Source: Macrostomum lignano
Taxonomy: Eukaryota
Assembly: GCA_002269645.1 (NCBI GenBank)
Contig: NIVC01004278.1
Location: 1 to 52,001 of the forward strand
DNA: 52,001 nucleotides
Reading direction: 5' to 3'
Positions 21,392 through 31,553 of this stretch are shown in pieces (the first letter of the stretch is position 1; each line of letters begins with the position of its first letter). The notes under the pieces were generated by a model. It did no database searches. It had not been told where the DNA came from and was given only the letters and a program-made list of their open reading frames with translations. A program made the position numbers and the translations under genes.

Positions 21392-24107
21392 TTATTCCTT
21401 GCTATAAGTTTAACATTAATAGACCCTTTTTACTTTGAACCCACTCAATTTTAGCAAGTTTCATATATAAATACAAATATAAATATGTTTGATTCTAGCT
21501 AGGCTTATGTTAGACATAGTAGTTTAATTGGGATGCTTTTACAAACACAAAACTTTACACTGTCAAAATGCCTTGCATCAAGTGATGCAAAATTTTGAGC
21601 TAATTAACTATTCCTTATATATTAGCCAATTACTAGCCGAATTATAAATTGGGCTATTCTATGCAGCCAATAAAATATGTTTCATATTACCTGGCCCCTT
21701 AAGATAGTGTAATCTTATCACTAAGATAAGATAGTGATCTTTGTGATATTCCTACATGACATTCCATGATATTCCTACATGGTCAAAATGTAAGGTAAAT
21801 AGTTTTAAAAAAGTAGAAACAGAAATTTGAGAAAAAAAACTTTCTATAAATCTTAAAAATGTGAAACATTTTTATTTGACTTTTGTTGCCATGGTATCAA
21901 TACGCTAAATAATTTATTTTTAATATTTGCAAAGGCATATTTTGTATAGATATATTCTATAATTTTTTATGGAAAAAACATTTTGCAAACATTTTAGATA
22001 GGCAATTTTAAGATGTGTTTTATGTAATAAAAATTTCCTTTTTTTCTAGTTATATAACTTGGACAATGGTCATCAATTATTTTTTGTATTTTTAGTCAAT
22101 GCAGGTGACTTATTTTGCCCTAAGACATGTTTTTTATATAATTTGAAGTATAGGTTATTATCTAATCACATTACCATATTTTACTTGTTTTGCTTAATTT
22201 TATCAGCATTTTTTCATGTTTTACATACACTTACAAAGTTTTCAGTGTTCTTACAAACTGATTTTAAAGACTTTATTCATGTTTTTTGTGGCAGAAATAA
22301 TTAAACTCGGCTCATCATATGTTGCAGAAATGAAATAAGGTTTTTTCTCTTATAATATACATTAGTGAGTCAGTTAGTAGACCAATATTGTGCATGATTT
22401 TGTGCTTTTATGACTATAAGAATCAAAGTACATGCAGTTTTAAATTATATTTATAAATATTTTTTGTGTAAAGAACTCAAAATTCTTGGAAATAAGCACT
22501 TTTTAAAACTAATTTAATCTTCAAATTAGGTGGACTTAGCTCTATTCCTTTAGAACAGAAAGTGTGTGTAACAACAAGATTATGGTTGTAACACTCAATT
22601 TCTTGGTAATAACATAGACATCCTGCTTAGACTTTTGCTTGGATCAATTAAAATATAAGTTTACATTGCATTTCAGCTAATTTAGAGTTTTTCCCATTTA
22701 GCACTAATCATGATTTGGAAAACAAATGCTCAACATCAGAAGGCATTTTGCAACAAATGGAGAAGAGAAAAAGAAAGAGAGAAAGAAGTGCAATGAAGCA
22801 AAGATTTGTTGACCATTAGCAAGTTGCAAAGCAACGATCATAGGCAAGAGTGCATAAGAGGGATGAGGGAAAAAAGAAGAATGGTCAACATAGTTGCCCT
22901 ATTAGCCAGCAAGCCTAATGCTGCATTAGAAGTTGCTGGTCCAAATATACCTTTTGGTAGCAGTCAATCACAGGCCTAGGCTATAAATAAATAAGGTTTT
23001 AGTATGGGACAGCAAGTATAAGGATTGCAATGCAATGTTCCTTGAGGACAACCTAGATATGAACATTTTATTATCAAAGTTTGCCAAGTTAAGGCCCAGA
23101 CATGTAGTAACTTTCAGCCAAACACCACTGGAAGCTTGCTGCTGCATATACCACACCAACTTCCAGAAGTAAGATTTATGAGTAGGGTAATTGCCAATCA
23201 ATTAATAAAGAATAAAATACAATACAGAAATAAAATACAGAATTTACACATTATACAAGGTCTATATTTAAAATATTAGTATTCAATCTATTTAGTATTT
23301 GATCTAGTAAGGCTTTTTATTTTACTTTATTTTATTATATCTTGGATTTTCAACTCTTTTAAATAAAGATTCTTTTAAGTTCTAGCTTCTGGTAAGGCAT
23401 ATAAGAGTTATAATTCTAGTCTAAATCTTATTTTGAGTAAGCTAAAAATCAAATACCAAAAGGCATTATATTTTTTGAAAGAATAGGCCTACTTTATTTA
23501 CATCTAGTGTTCCACTGTAGCTGTAGCTATTCCTATGGGATCCTATGCAAATATAGTAAAATAGGTGCCTATGGTAGCTATGGATATACCTATGGTAGCT
23601 AGCTGCTCTTATGGCTATGACTACAGAAATATGGTAGTTGGTGTCACATTCCGTAGACTCCCGCAGCCATAGTTATTCTTGTTAAAAAAATGAAAAAAAT
23701 ATTAGAAACAGGTAGAGTAAAACAAATATACTTTGGTAACCTGTATTATCAACCTAGAAACTTATTAAACCTAAAAAAGTACAATAAAATACTAGCAAAC
23801 TCTAATTTTTATTAATGTGAAAAAGTTTAACATTAGTACTTTCAGTAATGATTAAGTATTGTTGCACTGAAAAAAGACAAAATATAATCTTATAAAGGCA
23901 ATCAAGTATTTCTTTTATTTTCTAACTTAATTTGCAGTTGTTTAAGTACTATGTTATCTTCTTGATTCAAAATATTTTGTTTTCTAGACTTTTTGTTAAA
24001 ACTATGGCTTGGCTATGGGAACTAAGAGAATATGGTAATTTTGAGGTCCCTATGGCTATAGAATATAGAAAATTGGAATAAGCCATAGTTTTGCTTATGG
24101 CTACGGC

Positions 24108-25245
24108 CCATAGTCAGGAAGGTGGCCTCTGAGAAGGGTCCTTAGTGCACAATAGGGTCCTTAGTGCACAATCATGGCATACACTGAGGTCCCTAGCATA
24201 TGTGGCGCATAATTGCGGCGCATAAGGTCCCTGACATGCATGAAAATTGTAATGCAAATTAACAATTTTATGTAAAATAAAGATTTGTATAGTCTAGAAA
24301 GTCAATGATAAACTTTTTATATCTTTAAAATTGACAGTAAATAAAATTAGTATAAACTATTTCTAAGAAAGTCAATTTTGCATTACTTTATTTGTAGGTA
24401 TAATTTAAGTTTGTTTAAAATGAAAATATGCATAACATTTTAAAAAGACTTTTCGTACGAAGGACTAGTGTTCTGCCGTAAGGAGGGTTGGTCCATAGCC
24501 GTAACCAAAACTATGGCTTATTCCAATTCTCTGTATTCCATAGCCATAGGGACCCTTAAGTTACCATATTCCCATAGTTCCCATAGCCGTAGCCGTAGTT
24601 TTAACAAAAAGACTAAAAAATAAAATATTTTGAATCAAGACAATAACCTAGTGCTTAAACAATTGCAAATTAAATTAGAAAATAAAAGAAACACTTGATT
24701 GCCTTTGTAAAATTATATTTCGTCTTTTTTCAGAGCAACAATACTTAATCGTTACTAAAAGTTATAACACTAAACTTTTTCACATTAATAAAAATTAGAG
24801 TTTGCTAGTGTTTTATTGTACTTTTTTAGGTATATTTTATAAGTTTCTAGGTTGATTATATAGCTTACTAAAAGTATCTTTGTTTTACTCTACCTGTTTC
24901 TAATATTTTTTTTTCAATTTTTAACATTAATAACTATGGCTATGGGAATCTATGGAATGTGACAGCAACTACCATATTCCCATAGTTGTAGCTGTAAGAG
25001 CAGCTAGCTACCATAGGCATATCCGTAGCTGCCATAGGCACCTATTTTACTATATTTGCTATAGGATCCCGTAGCCATAGCTATGGCTACGGTGGAACAC
25101 TACCTTTCTTAGAAAACTCTACTCGTGAAGAGTGGCGCACAAATGGTGCATAGACAGCACACAGATGGCACATAGACGGCGCACAGATTGTCCCTCCAAA
25201 ATTTATTCTAGTGCACACTCTGCTCTGCCACCTTCCTGACTATGG
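24108..25245. mobile_element. TIR element B (8-bp TSD, hAT- or P-like) nested in A1
   Basis: Perfect 19-bp TIR CCATAGTCAGGAAGGTGGC / GCCACCTTCCTGACTATGG. Perfect TSD GCTACGGC at 24100-24107 and 25246-25253. Confidence 0.9.
24466..25102. mobile_element. Element A, copy 2 (637 bp, uninterrupted), nested in B and inverted relative to A1
   Basis: TAGTGTTCTGCCGTAAGGAG ... GGTGGAACACTA, matching A1, A3 and A4 along its length. No TSD visible. Confidence 0.85.
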
Positions 25246-25956
25246 GCTACGGCTATGGTATATGGACCCTCCTTACAGTGGAACACTTTAAATCTATATA
25301 AATTTGAATTTGGGTTTAAAGAAAAAAATCATAATCACAGATTGAAATTCCATAAGTCAGGGTCCTGGAAAAGGTTTTGTAAAACAACAATTTTATAATT
25401 ACGCTTGAGATCATTAGATCATGTCTAACCCCTAGCCCTAATATAGTGTTCTGCCATAAGGAGGGTCCATGTACCATAGCCGTAGCCGTAAGCAAAACTA
25501 CGGCTTATTCCAATTCTCCGTATCCATAGCCGTAGGGACCTTGAAATTACCATATTCCCGTAGTTCCCATAGCCATAGCCGTAGTTTTAACAAAAAGACT
25601 AAAAAGTAAAATATTTTGAATCAAGACGATAACCTAGTGCTTAAACAACTGCAAATTAAATTAGAAAATAAAAGAAACACTCAATTGCCTTTGTAAGATT
25701 ATTTTTCGTCTTTTTTCAAAGCAACAATACTTAATCGTTACTGAAAGTACTAACGCTAAATTTTTTTACATTAATAAAAATTAGAGTTTGCTAGTGTTTT
25801 ATTGTACTTTTTCAGGTATATTCTATAAGTTTCTAGGTTGATAATACAGTTAACTAAATGTATATTTGTTTTACTCTACCTGTTTCTAATATTTTTATCT
25901 ATTTTTAACATTAATAACTATGGCTACGGGAATCTACGGAATGTGACAGCAAATAC

Positions 25957-26145
25957 CAGTGGCGTAGGGAGGGGGGGATCAGGGGGGATGTATCCCCCCG
26001 ATGAGCCAGACCAAAACTTTTTTGTTGCACTTTTTCGCTATACATGCTACCATGTGAGCACTTTTACCTTGGTGTATCCCCCCCCCGTAGGAAATTCACC
26101 TTGGTGTATCCCCCCCCCCGTAGGAAATTCCTGGCTACGCCCCTG
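25957..26145. mobile_element. 189-bp hAT-type MITE nested in A3
   Basis: TIR CAGTGGCGTAG / CTACGCCCCTG with one mismatch; perfect TSD GCAAATAC. Confidence 0.92.
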
Positions 26146-26253
26146 GCAAATACTATATTTCCATAGTCGTAGCCGTAAGAGCAGCTAGCTACCGTAGGCA
26201 TATCCGTAGCTGCCGTAGGCACCTATTTTACCGTATTTGCCGTAGGATCCCGT

Positions 26254-28041
26254 CATACATGCGCAACTTCTGAAATTACGCTGGCCGTGCGACTTAGTTT
26301 TCGATCAAAAATGCGACTTACCTATGTAAGAAAGCTAAACAAAGAATTGTGGGTAAACGTCAGGAGTAACTATAACCATATTTTAAAGGCTAAATGCCTC
26401 GCCAGCTAATTAGTGCAGATTTTGCGGTTTTTATTACAGCTAATCAGTATATCATAGTGGCGGCCTGAGGCAATTAGTAATGATGACAATGAGTAAAGAC
26501 ATGTAAAGACAAAAGTCATGATTCATGAATGTCTAGAAGTAAGTGAAGTGAATACAGTGTGGCCTATAGCTCAAGAATAATTTCACTTGCTAGACGATTT
26601 AGCATGGAAGATATTTTCTCTCTCATCCCTCATCCCTTCTCTCTTTCCTCTCCTCTTTCTTCCTCTCTTATCTCTTCTGTCTCCTGTCTACATTCTTATC
26701 TCTCCTCTCGTCTCTCTCCACTTCACTCTACTCTCTCATCTTATCTCTCCTCTCGTCTCTCTCCACTCAACTCTCTCATCTCATCTCTCCTCTCTTCTCT
26801 ACTCTCTTATCTCTCCTCTCTTCACTCTCCTCTTATCTCGTCCTTATCCTCTCTTCTCTCGTCTACTCTCTTATCTCCTTTCTTCTCTCCTCTTTCCTCT
26901 CTTTTCTGATCTCATCCATCATCATATCTTTCCTCTTTCCTCTCATCTCTCTCATCTCTCTCCTCCCTCAGCTTTTCTCTCATCTATCTTTTCTCCCATT
27001 GCATCGCTCGCCTCTCCTCTGTTTGCTTATCTCCAATCTTCTATTCCCTCTACTTTGAAGTAAGAAAATATGCACACATTTTTGCTGAAGATAAGAGGAG
27101 AGAAGAGGGCATTGAGGAGAAAGGGTAGAGAGAAAAGGGGAGAAAGGAGAGGGGAGAAGAGAGGAGAGTAAAAAGGAAAGGAGAGAGAAGAGGGAAAAGG
27201 GGGAGAGAGATAAGAGGGGAGGCAAGGTAGAGAAGAAGAGAGAGATGAGAGTTGAAGAGACACCAACCTTGCTAGTTAGAAAGTTTCAAAGAACCCGAAG
27301 GGCGAGGGCCAGATAGAGGGGCTTTGCGAGCTGGACTTTGCTGACCCCTGCTCCGGAGTTAAAGAAATCAATGGGAAACTGTTGACATAGGCTGCTGATT
27401 TCAAAGATCTTGTCTGTGGTTGAAGGCTTCTATTCTGTTTTTTTGCTCCCCTGCCACACTTGCACCTACTACCCCTTGATCGCCTCTGATTACGACTTAC
27501 TTCCCTCTTATTGCGACTTAGTTGCTCCTTTTGCGACTTACCTAACCCTTTTGCAACTTACCTAATCCTTTTTGCGACTTACCTAATCCTTTTGCGACTT
27601 GACCTAATCCTTTTTGCAACTTAGTTGCTCCTTTTGCGTCTTACCTAATCTTTTTGCGACTTACCTAATCCTTTTGCGACTTACCTAATCCTTTTTGTGA
27701 CTTACCTAATCTTTTTGCGACTTGACCTAATCCTTTTTGCGACTTAGTTGCTCCTTTTGCGACTTACCTAATCTTTTTGCGACTTACCTAATCCTTTTTG
27801 CGACTTACCTAACCCTTTTGCGACTTACCTAATCCTTTTGCGACTTACCTAATCATTTGTGCAACTTAATTTGCTTCTGCTGCAACTTGTTTTTCTTTTG
27901 CTTCACCATTTTACTTCCCTATATTGCTCTTTCCTCTTGCATTTTTTCATTTTTGGTCAACTCAATTTTGCGACTTACCCTGGTCCACCACAATTTACGG
28001 TGGCCAGATCGGCCAGCTCGGCCAGCAGTTGCGCATGTAAG
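26254..28041. mobile_element. TIR element C (1.8 kb, 8-bp TSD) nested in A3
   Basis: TIR CATACATGCGCAACT versus CTTACATGCGCAACT (14/15) and TSD GATCCCGT. Holds CT-rich then GA-rich tracts and a subterminal GCGACTTACCTAATC array. Confidence 0.8.
27490..27860. repeat. ~20-bp tandem repeat (TGCGACTTACCTAATCCTTT) within element C
   Basis: Tandem units. GCGACTTA also occurs near the left end of C (about 26288 and 26312). Confidence 0.9.
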
Positions 28042-28154
28042 GATCCCGTAGCCATAGCTATGGCTATAGCGGAACACTACCCTAATATATATCAAAAAAT
28101 TCTGGCATAGATAAAGAGATCTGATATACAAATAGACATATAGAGAGGCTTGGC

Positions 28155-28445
28155 GGCAATCTCCTAGTTTACTGCATAAAATTATTTGCCACTTTCAAAA
28201 CTTTTTAGCCTACCTGCTAATTGTCCATATGGCTGCCACTGGGAGATTAAAGGCCTAGAACACAAACTACAATTGTACCTAAGGCCAATTTGAGGCCTAT
28301 AGCCAAGCTTTGCGACATTGGGTTGTGTACTATTATTGACACTTTGGACTGCCCTCTAACTACTGTCAACTGTTAAAATGTGTAACTTTTTATTTTCATT
28401 TTTTATACCCAAAAATAATTTAATGCAGTAAACTAGGAGATTGCT
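28155..28445. mobile_element. 291-bp MITE, Merlin-like (GG terminus, 8-bp TSD)
   Basis: About 30-bp TIR GGCAATCTCCTAGTTTACTGCAT.AAATTA with two mismatches. Flanks GGCTTGGC / AGCTTGGC (7/8). Superfamily assignment is inference. Confidence 0.7.
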
Positions 28446-29001
28446 AGCTTGGCATAGGCCTACCTTTTAACATATACACTTGGTATATTATCATAGGCCT
28501 AAGTCTAGTTATTAAAAAACTATAAATTGCAATAATTATCTAATTTATTATGTAGGTAGAGGTAGACTGGTAGAGCTAGGGGTGACAGGAGACTAGGCCT
28601 ATCTTAAATTTAGAAGAAAACCTATAAATTTTACCAAATCCAAGCTAGGCCTAGGCCTAAACAAACTAAAATTAAAAAAGAAACACCCTTCTTTCCTACA
28701 TTGAACTTAAGCCTTAACTTAGGCTAAAGTTAGTAAGTTAGTTAGTTAGTTAGTAAGGCAGGCAGCCAGGCAGGCCTAAAAACATGCTTGGGCGCAACCT
28801 AGGGATTCACCCGGCCGTTTTTAGGCTAAAAATAGCGTTCCGCCGTAGCCGTAGCTACGGCTACGGGATCCTACGGCAAATACGGTAAAATAGGTGCCTA
28901 CGGCAGCTACGGATACGCCTACGGTAGCTAGCTGCTCTGACTACGACTACGGAAATATGGTATTTGCTGTCACATTCCGTAGATCCCGTAGCCGTAGTTA
29001 T

Positions 29002-30057
29002 TGTGGCAGGTGGCTGCCCCTGTTTCTTTAATATTTATTTTTGCAGTTTTAAAAACTTTCAAAATTCAAAAATTGATGTTTCACGTTAAGTGCACATTTC
29101 CCAAGCCGGGACAGTTTTTTCGAAAAGTTATCACGCACCCCATCCCGCTATGGGATTTCTTTAATTCCCATCCCGTGTAAGTGTTTCCCTCCGTATGCCC
29201 CCTTTCGTATCACGCTTAATTGTATGTTTTCTTGTTACTTTGCCGTCGCTGGACCAAACGCGTATGTGTAATTTTCCTTATTCTGGTCCAGCCGCGGATT
29301 TCGCTCATTTTTTTTGCTTATATACGAGTATGTGTGGTTATATTTTTTTACCTGTTCCCCGGTTTCTGTTTCTGTTTCTGTGTTGAAGGTTTATTATTAT
29401 TAGTGTGTTTTATTATTATAATTTACTCACAAACAAACACCACCTTTGTATAAGCTTTGGTTAATTCATTAATTAAATAGTCGTCGCACCGCGGCACGCC
29501 GAATCCATCTCCGTCAATAATTAAGTAATCTGTCAGATATCCTGCTCAAACCAATAAATAAAAATTAATATTCCGCCAATTTATTAATATTCATTCGTTG
29601 ACATTAAGCCATAGCCTATCTTGAGTCTTTTGCCCGTGGGGCGTTAAATAACCAAGTTTTCTCAGCTCAAAGAAAGCTCAGAGACTTATTCGTTCCGTAA
29701 TACGTAATTACGGTGGTGGCAGCTCTACCCTACTGAAAGTAACAAGCTCAGCAAATCGACACATTAATTTACGGTGTCTGTATCTCCGGTGTTTCATCGC
29801 TTTGAACGACCGCGCCGCTACACGACCGCTCCGCTACGACTGCAACTACCCTCCCCCCGGACTTGAGGACCCGGCTGTCGGAGTACAACAGGAGAAGGAA
29901 TTTCGTTGTGATTCGTCTGCGCGTTTTTCCGGTTTTATTCGTGCGAACTCAACGCCGGCGGCAATTCAAACGAGGAATCCGCCCCACCTCACTGGTGCCT
30001 GCAAATTCAAAACAACCGTACAAGGAAAAGATTGTCCTTTTCTCCACCCCCACCTCA
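29002..30057 (+). repeat. 5' LTR (1056 bp)
   Basis: TGTGGCAGG...CACCTCA, with a TATAAG candidate at 29449 and AATAAA at about 29553. Confidence 0.95.
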
Positions 30058-30058
30058 C

Positions 30059-30079
30059 TGGTGGTCAGCTAAGTGGGAT
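30059..30079 (+). promoter_or_regulatory. Primer-binding site, imperfect tRNA-Leu-like
   Basis: TGGTGGTCAGCTAAGTGGGAT starts 1 nt after the LTR and resembles the Leu PBS sequences TGGTGTCAGAAGTGGGAT and TGGTGGCAGCGGTGGGAT. Confidence 0.65.
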
Positions 30080-30125
30080 AACGAAACGCCGAAACCCTTT
30101 CAACGAGTCGTTCAAACGCTATACT

Positions 30126-31553
30126 ATGGCTTCAACTAACACTAATTCAACGGCCGCGGACGCGACAGCCGACGCCGCGGGCCCCGACAACTCAACGACA
30201 AGACCGACCTACGACGAGATGATTCGCGCGGTGACCGAAGAGGTGCGCCGGCGACTGGAGCAGACCAGCCTGGGCCAGCCGCATCACCATCATCATGTGT
30301 ACCAGCAGCCCCAGCAGCAGGATCGAGCTCCGGCGCCGAAACCGGTCAAGATTCAGCGGTACACGCAGAACCAGGAATTCGACGTCTGGATCCAGGCGCT
30401 GGAAGAGCGTTGTGAGCTCAACGGGATCACAGACGACAGACGCAAGAAGGCGGAGGTCCTAGTGAATTTGGACATCGCCACAACCTATCCCGCAGTCGTC
30501 AGGATGGAGCTGCCAGACAATCTGACGTTTGGGGAGTTCAAACAACGATTGTCTGAACGTTTTACGCATGTCGCCGACACGCTGGAGTACCGGGAGCAGT
30601 TCCGAAGCTGCCAGCAAGGCAAGAACGAGAGCGTTGACGACTATGGCGATCGACTAATTGCTCTGGCTGATAGAGCATTTCCGCATTTTACCCCAGTTCA
30701 GAAGCAGGCTGAACTGGTGGATCAGTTCACAGTGGGAGTGCGGATTGCTCAGTCGGCGAGAGAACAGCTAATCCTGGTGCGACCGCAGAATCTGACCGCA
30801 GCAAGACGGGCCGTGCTACGCTTGGAGACAGCAGCTAGTCTGGCTCAGCGAGTAGCACCGCCGCCAGCAGCGAGACACGTCCGGGTCCTCGAGGATGACA
30901 ACAGTCAGCCGCCCACTGTGGCGCAACACGACGACAAGTCATCCCGGCCCGAGGAGAACTGGTTGCGTGAGGTCATGGAACAACAAGCCGAGACTCTGCA
31001 AGAGCAGCGACGCCTATTAGAGACATTGAGCAATGAGATGCGAGAGTTCTACTCGCGGGGATCGCGCGATAACGACGCCCCGGAGCCATGGGAACCTCGT
31101 CACCAGCCGCGGGACTCGTGGGGCCAACGCTCCAGATGTTTGGTACCATCGACTCCTCGCCGCAGCGCCGACGGAAGCGCCCAGTTTACGACGCCCGGCA
31201 CACGAATTGTGCAACATGACCAGTTCCATCGACTTCAGCAACCACGCGACGGCAGCAACCCGCCGCCGAGAACGCCGCCAGCAGGAGGTCAACGTCGACA
31301 TCAGCAGCTGCAACAGCCGCAGCAGCCGCAGCAGCAGCGGCCACAGCAGCAACAATCGAGTTCGAGGCCGCCGCCTTATCAGTTGCGACGGCAAAGTGCA
31401 ATGTGCTACAGGTGCAACCGCGAGCATCGCGCCGACGAATGCCCGCACCGACGGTCGGCCAGCACCGCGTCCCAGCGCAACGGCAGCTCGGGAAACGGGA
31501 CGGCTGGACGCGCCATCGGGGGCAGCGCCATCCAGCAGCCGAGCCAGCACTAA
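30126..31553 (+). CDS. Gag (475 aa from the first ATG)
   Basis: Capsid-like YREQFRSCQQGKNESVDDYGDRL and a single knuckle CYRCNREHRADEC. The ORF-track start at 29802 is a TTG inside the LTR. Confidence 0.9.
   Translation: MASTNTNSTAADATADAAGPDNSTTRPTYDEMIRAVTEEVRRRLEQTSLGQPHHHHHVYQQPQQQDRAPAPKPVKIQRYTQNQEFDVWIQALEERCELNGITDDRRKKAEVLVNLDIATTYPAVVRMELPDNLTFGEFKQRLSERFTHVADTLEYREQFRSCQQGKNESVDDYGDRLIALADRAFPHFTPVQKQAELVDQFTVGVRIAQSAREQLILVRPQNLTAARRAVLRLETAASLAQRVAPPPAARHVRVLEDDNSQPPTVAQHDDKSSRPEENWLREVMEQQAETLQEQRRLLETLSNEMREFYSRGSRDNDAPEPWEPRHQPRDSWGQRSRCLVPSTPRRSADGSAQFTTPGTRIVQHDQFHRLQQPRDGSNPPPRTPPAGGQRRHQQLQQPQQPQQQRPQQQQSSSRPPPYQLRRQSAMCYRCNREHRADECPHRRSASTASQRNGSSGNGTAGRAIGGSAIQQPSQH

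Larger units (their letters stand above)
23505..25288. mobile_element. hAT-like non-autonomous element A, copy 1 (oldest, CpG-decayed), interrupted by element B
   Basis: TIR TAGTGTTCC and GCTAYG subterminal repeats. The flanks TTTACATC / TTTAAATC form an imperfect TSD next to a damaged right terminus. Confidence 0.8.
25444..28079. mobile_element. Element A, copy 3, with two nested insertions
   Basis: TIRs TAGTGTTC..GAACACTA and a perfect 8-bp TSD CCCTAATA (25436-25443 / 28080-28087). Confidence 0.92.

Noticed and set aside
22810-22960. Minus-strand peptide ..LCTLAYDRCFATC resembling GPCR TM3
   Set aside because: Only about 50 codons bounded by stops, with no other GPCR motifs. Probably chance.
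29802-30125. In-frame N-terminal extension of gag from the LTR
   Set aside because: It starts at TTG inside U5 and crosses the PBS. The first ATG at 30126 is the better start.
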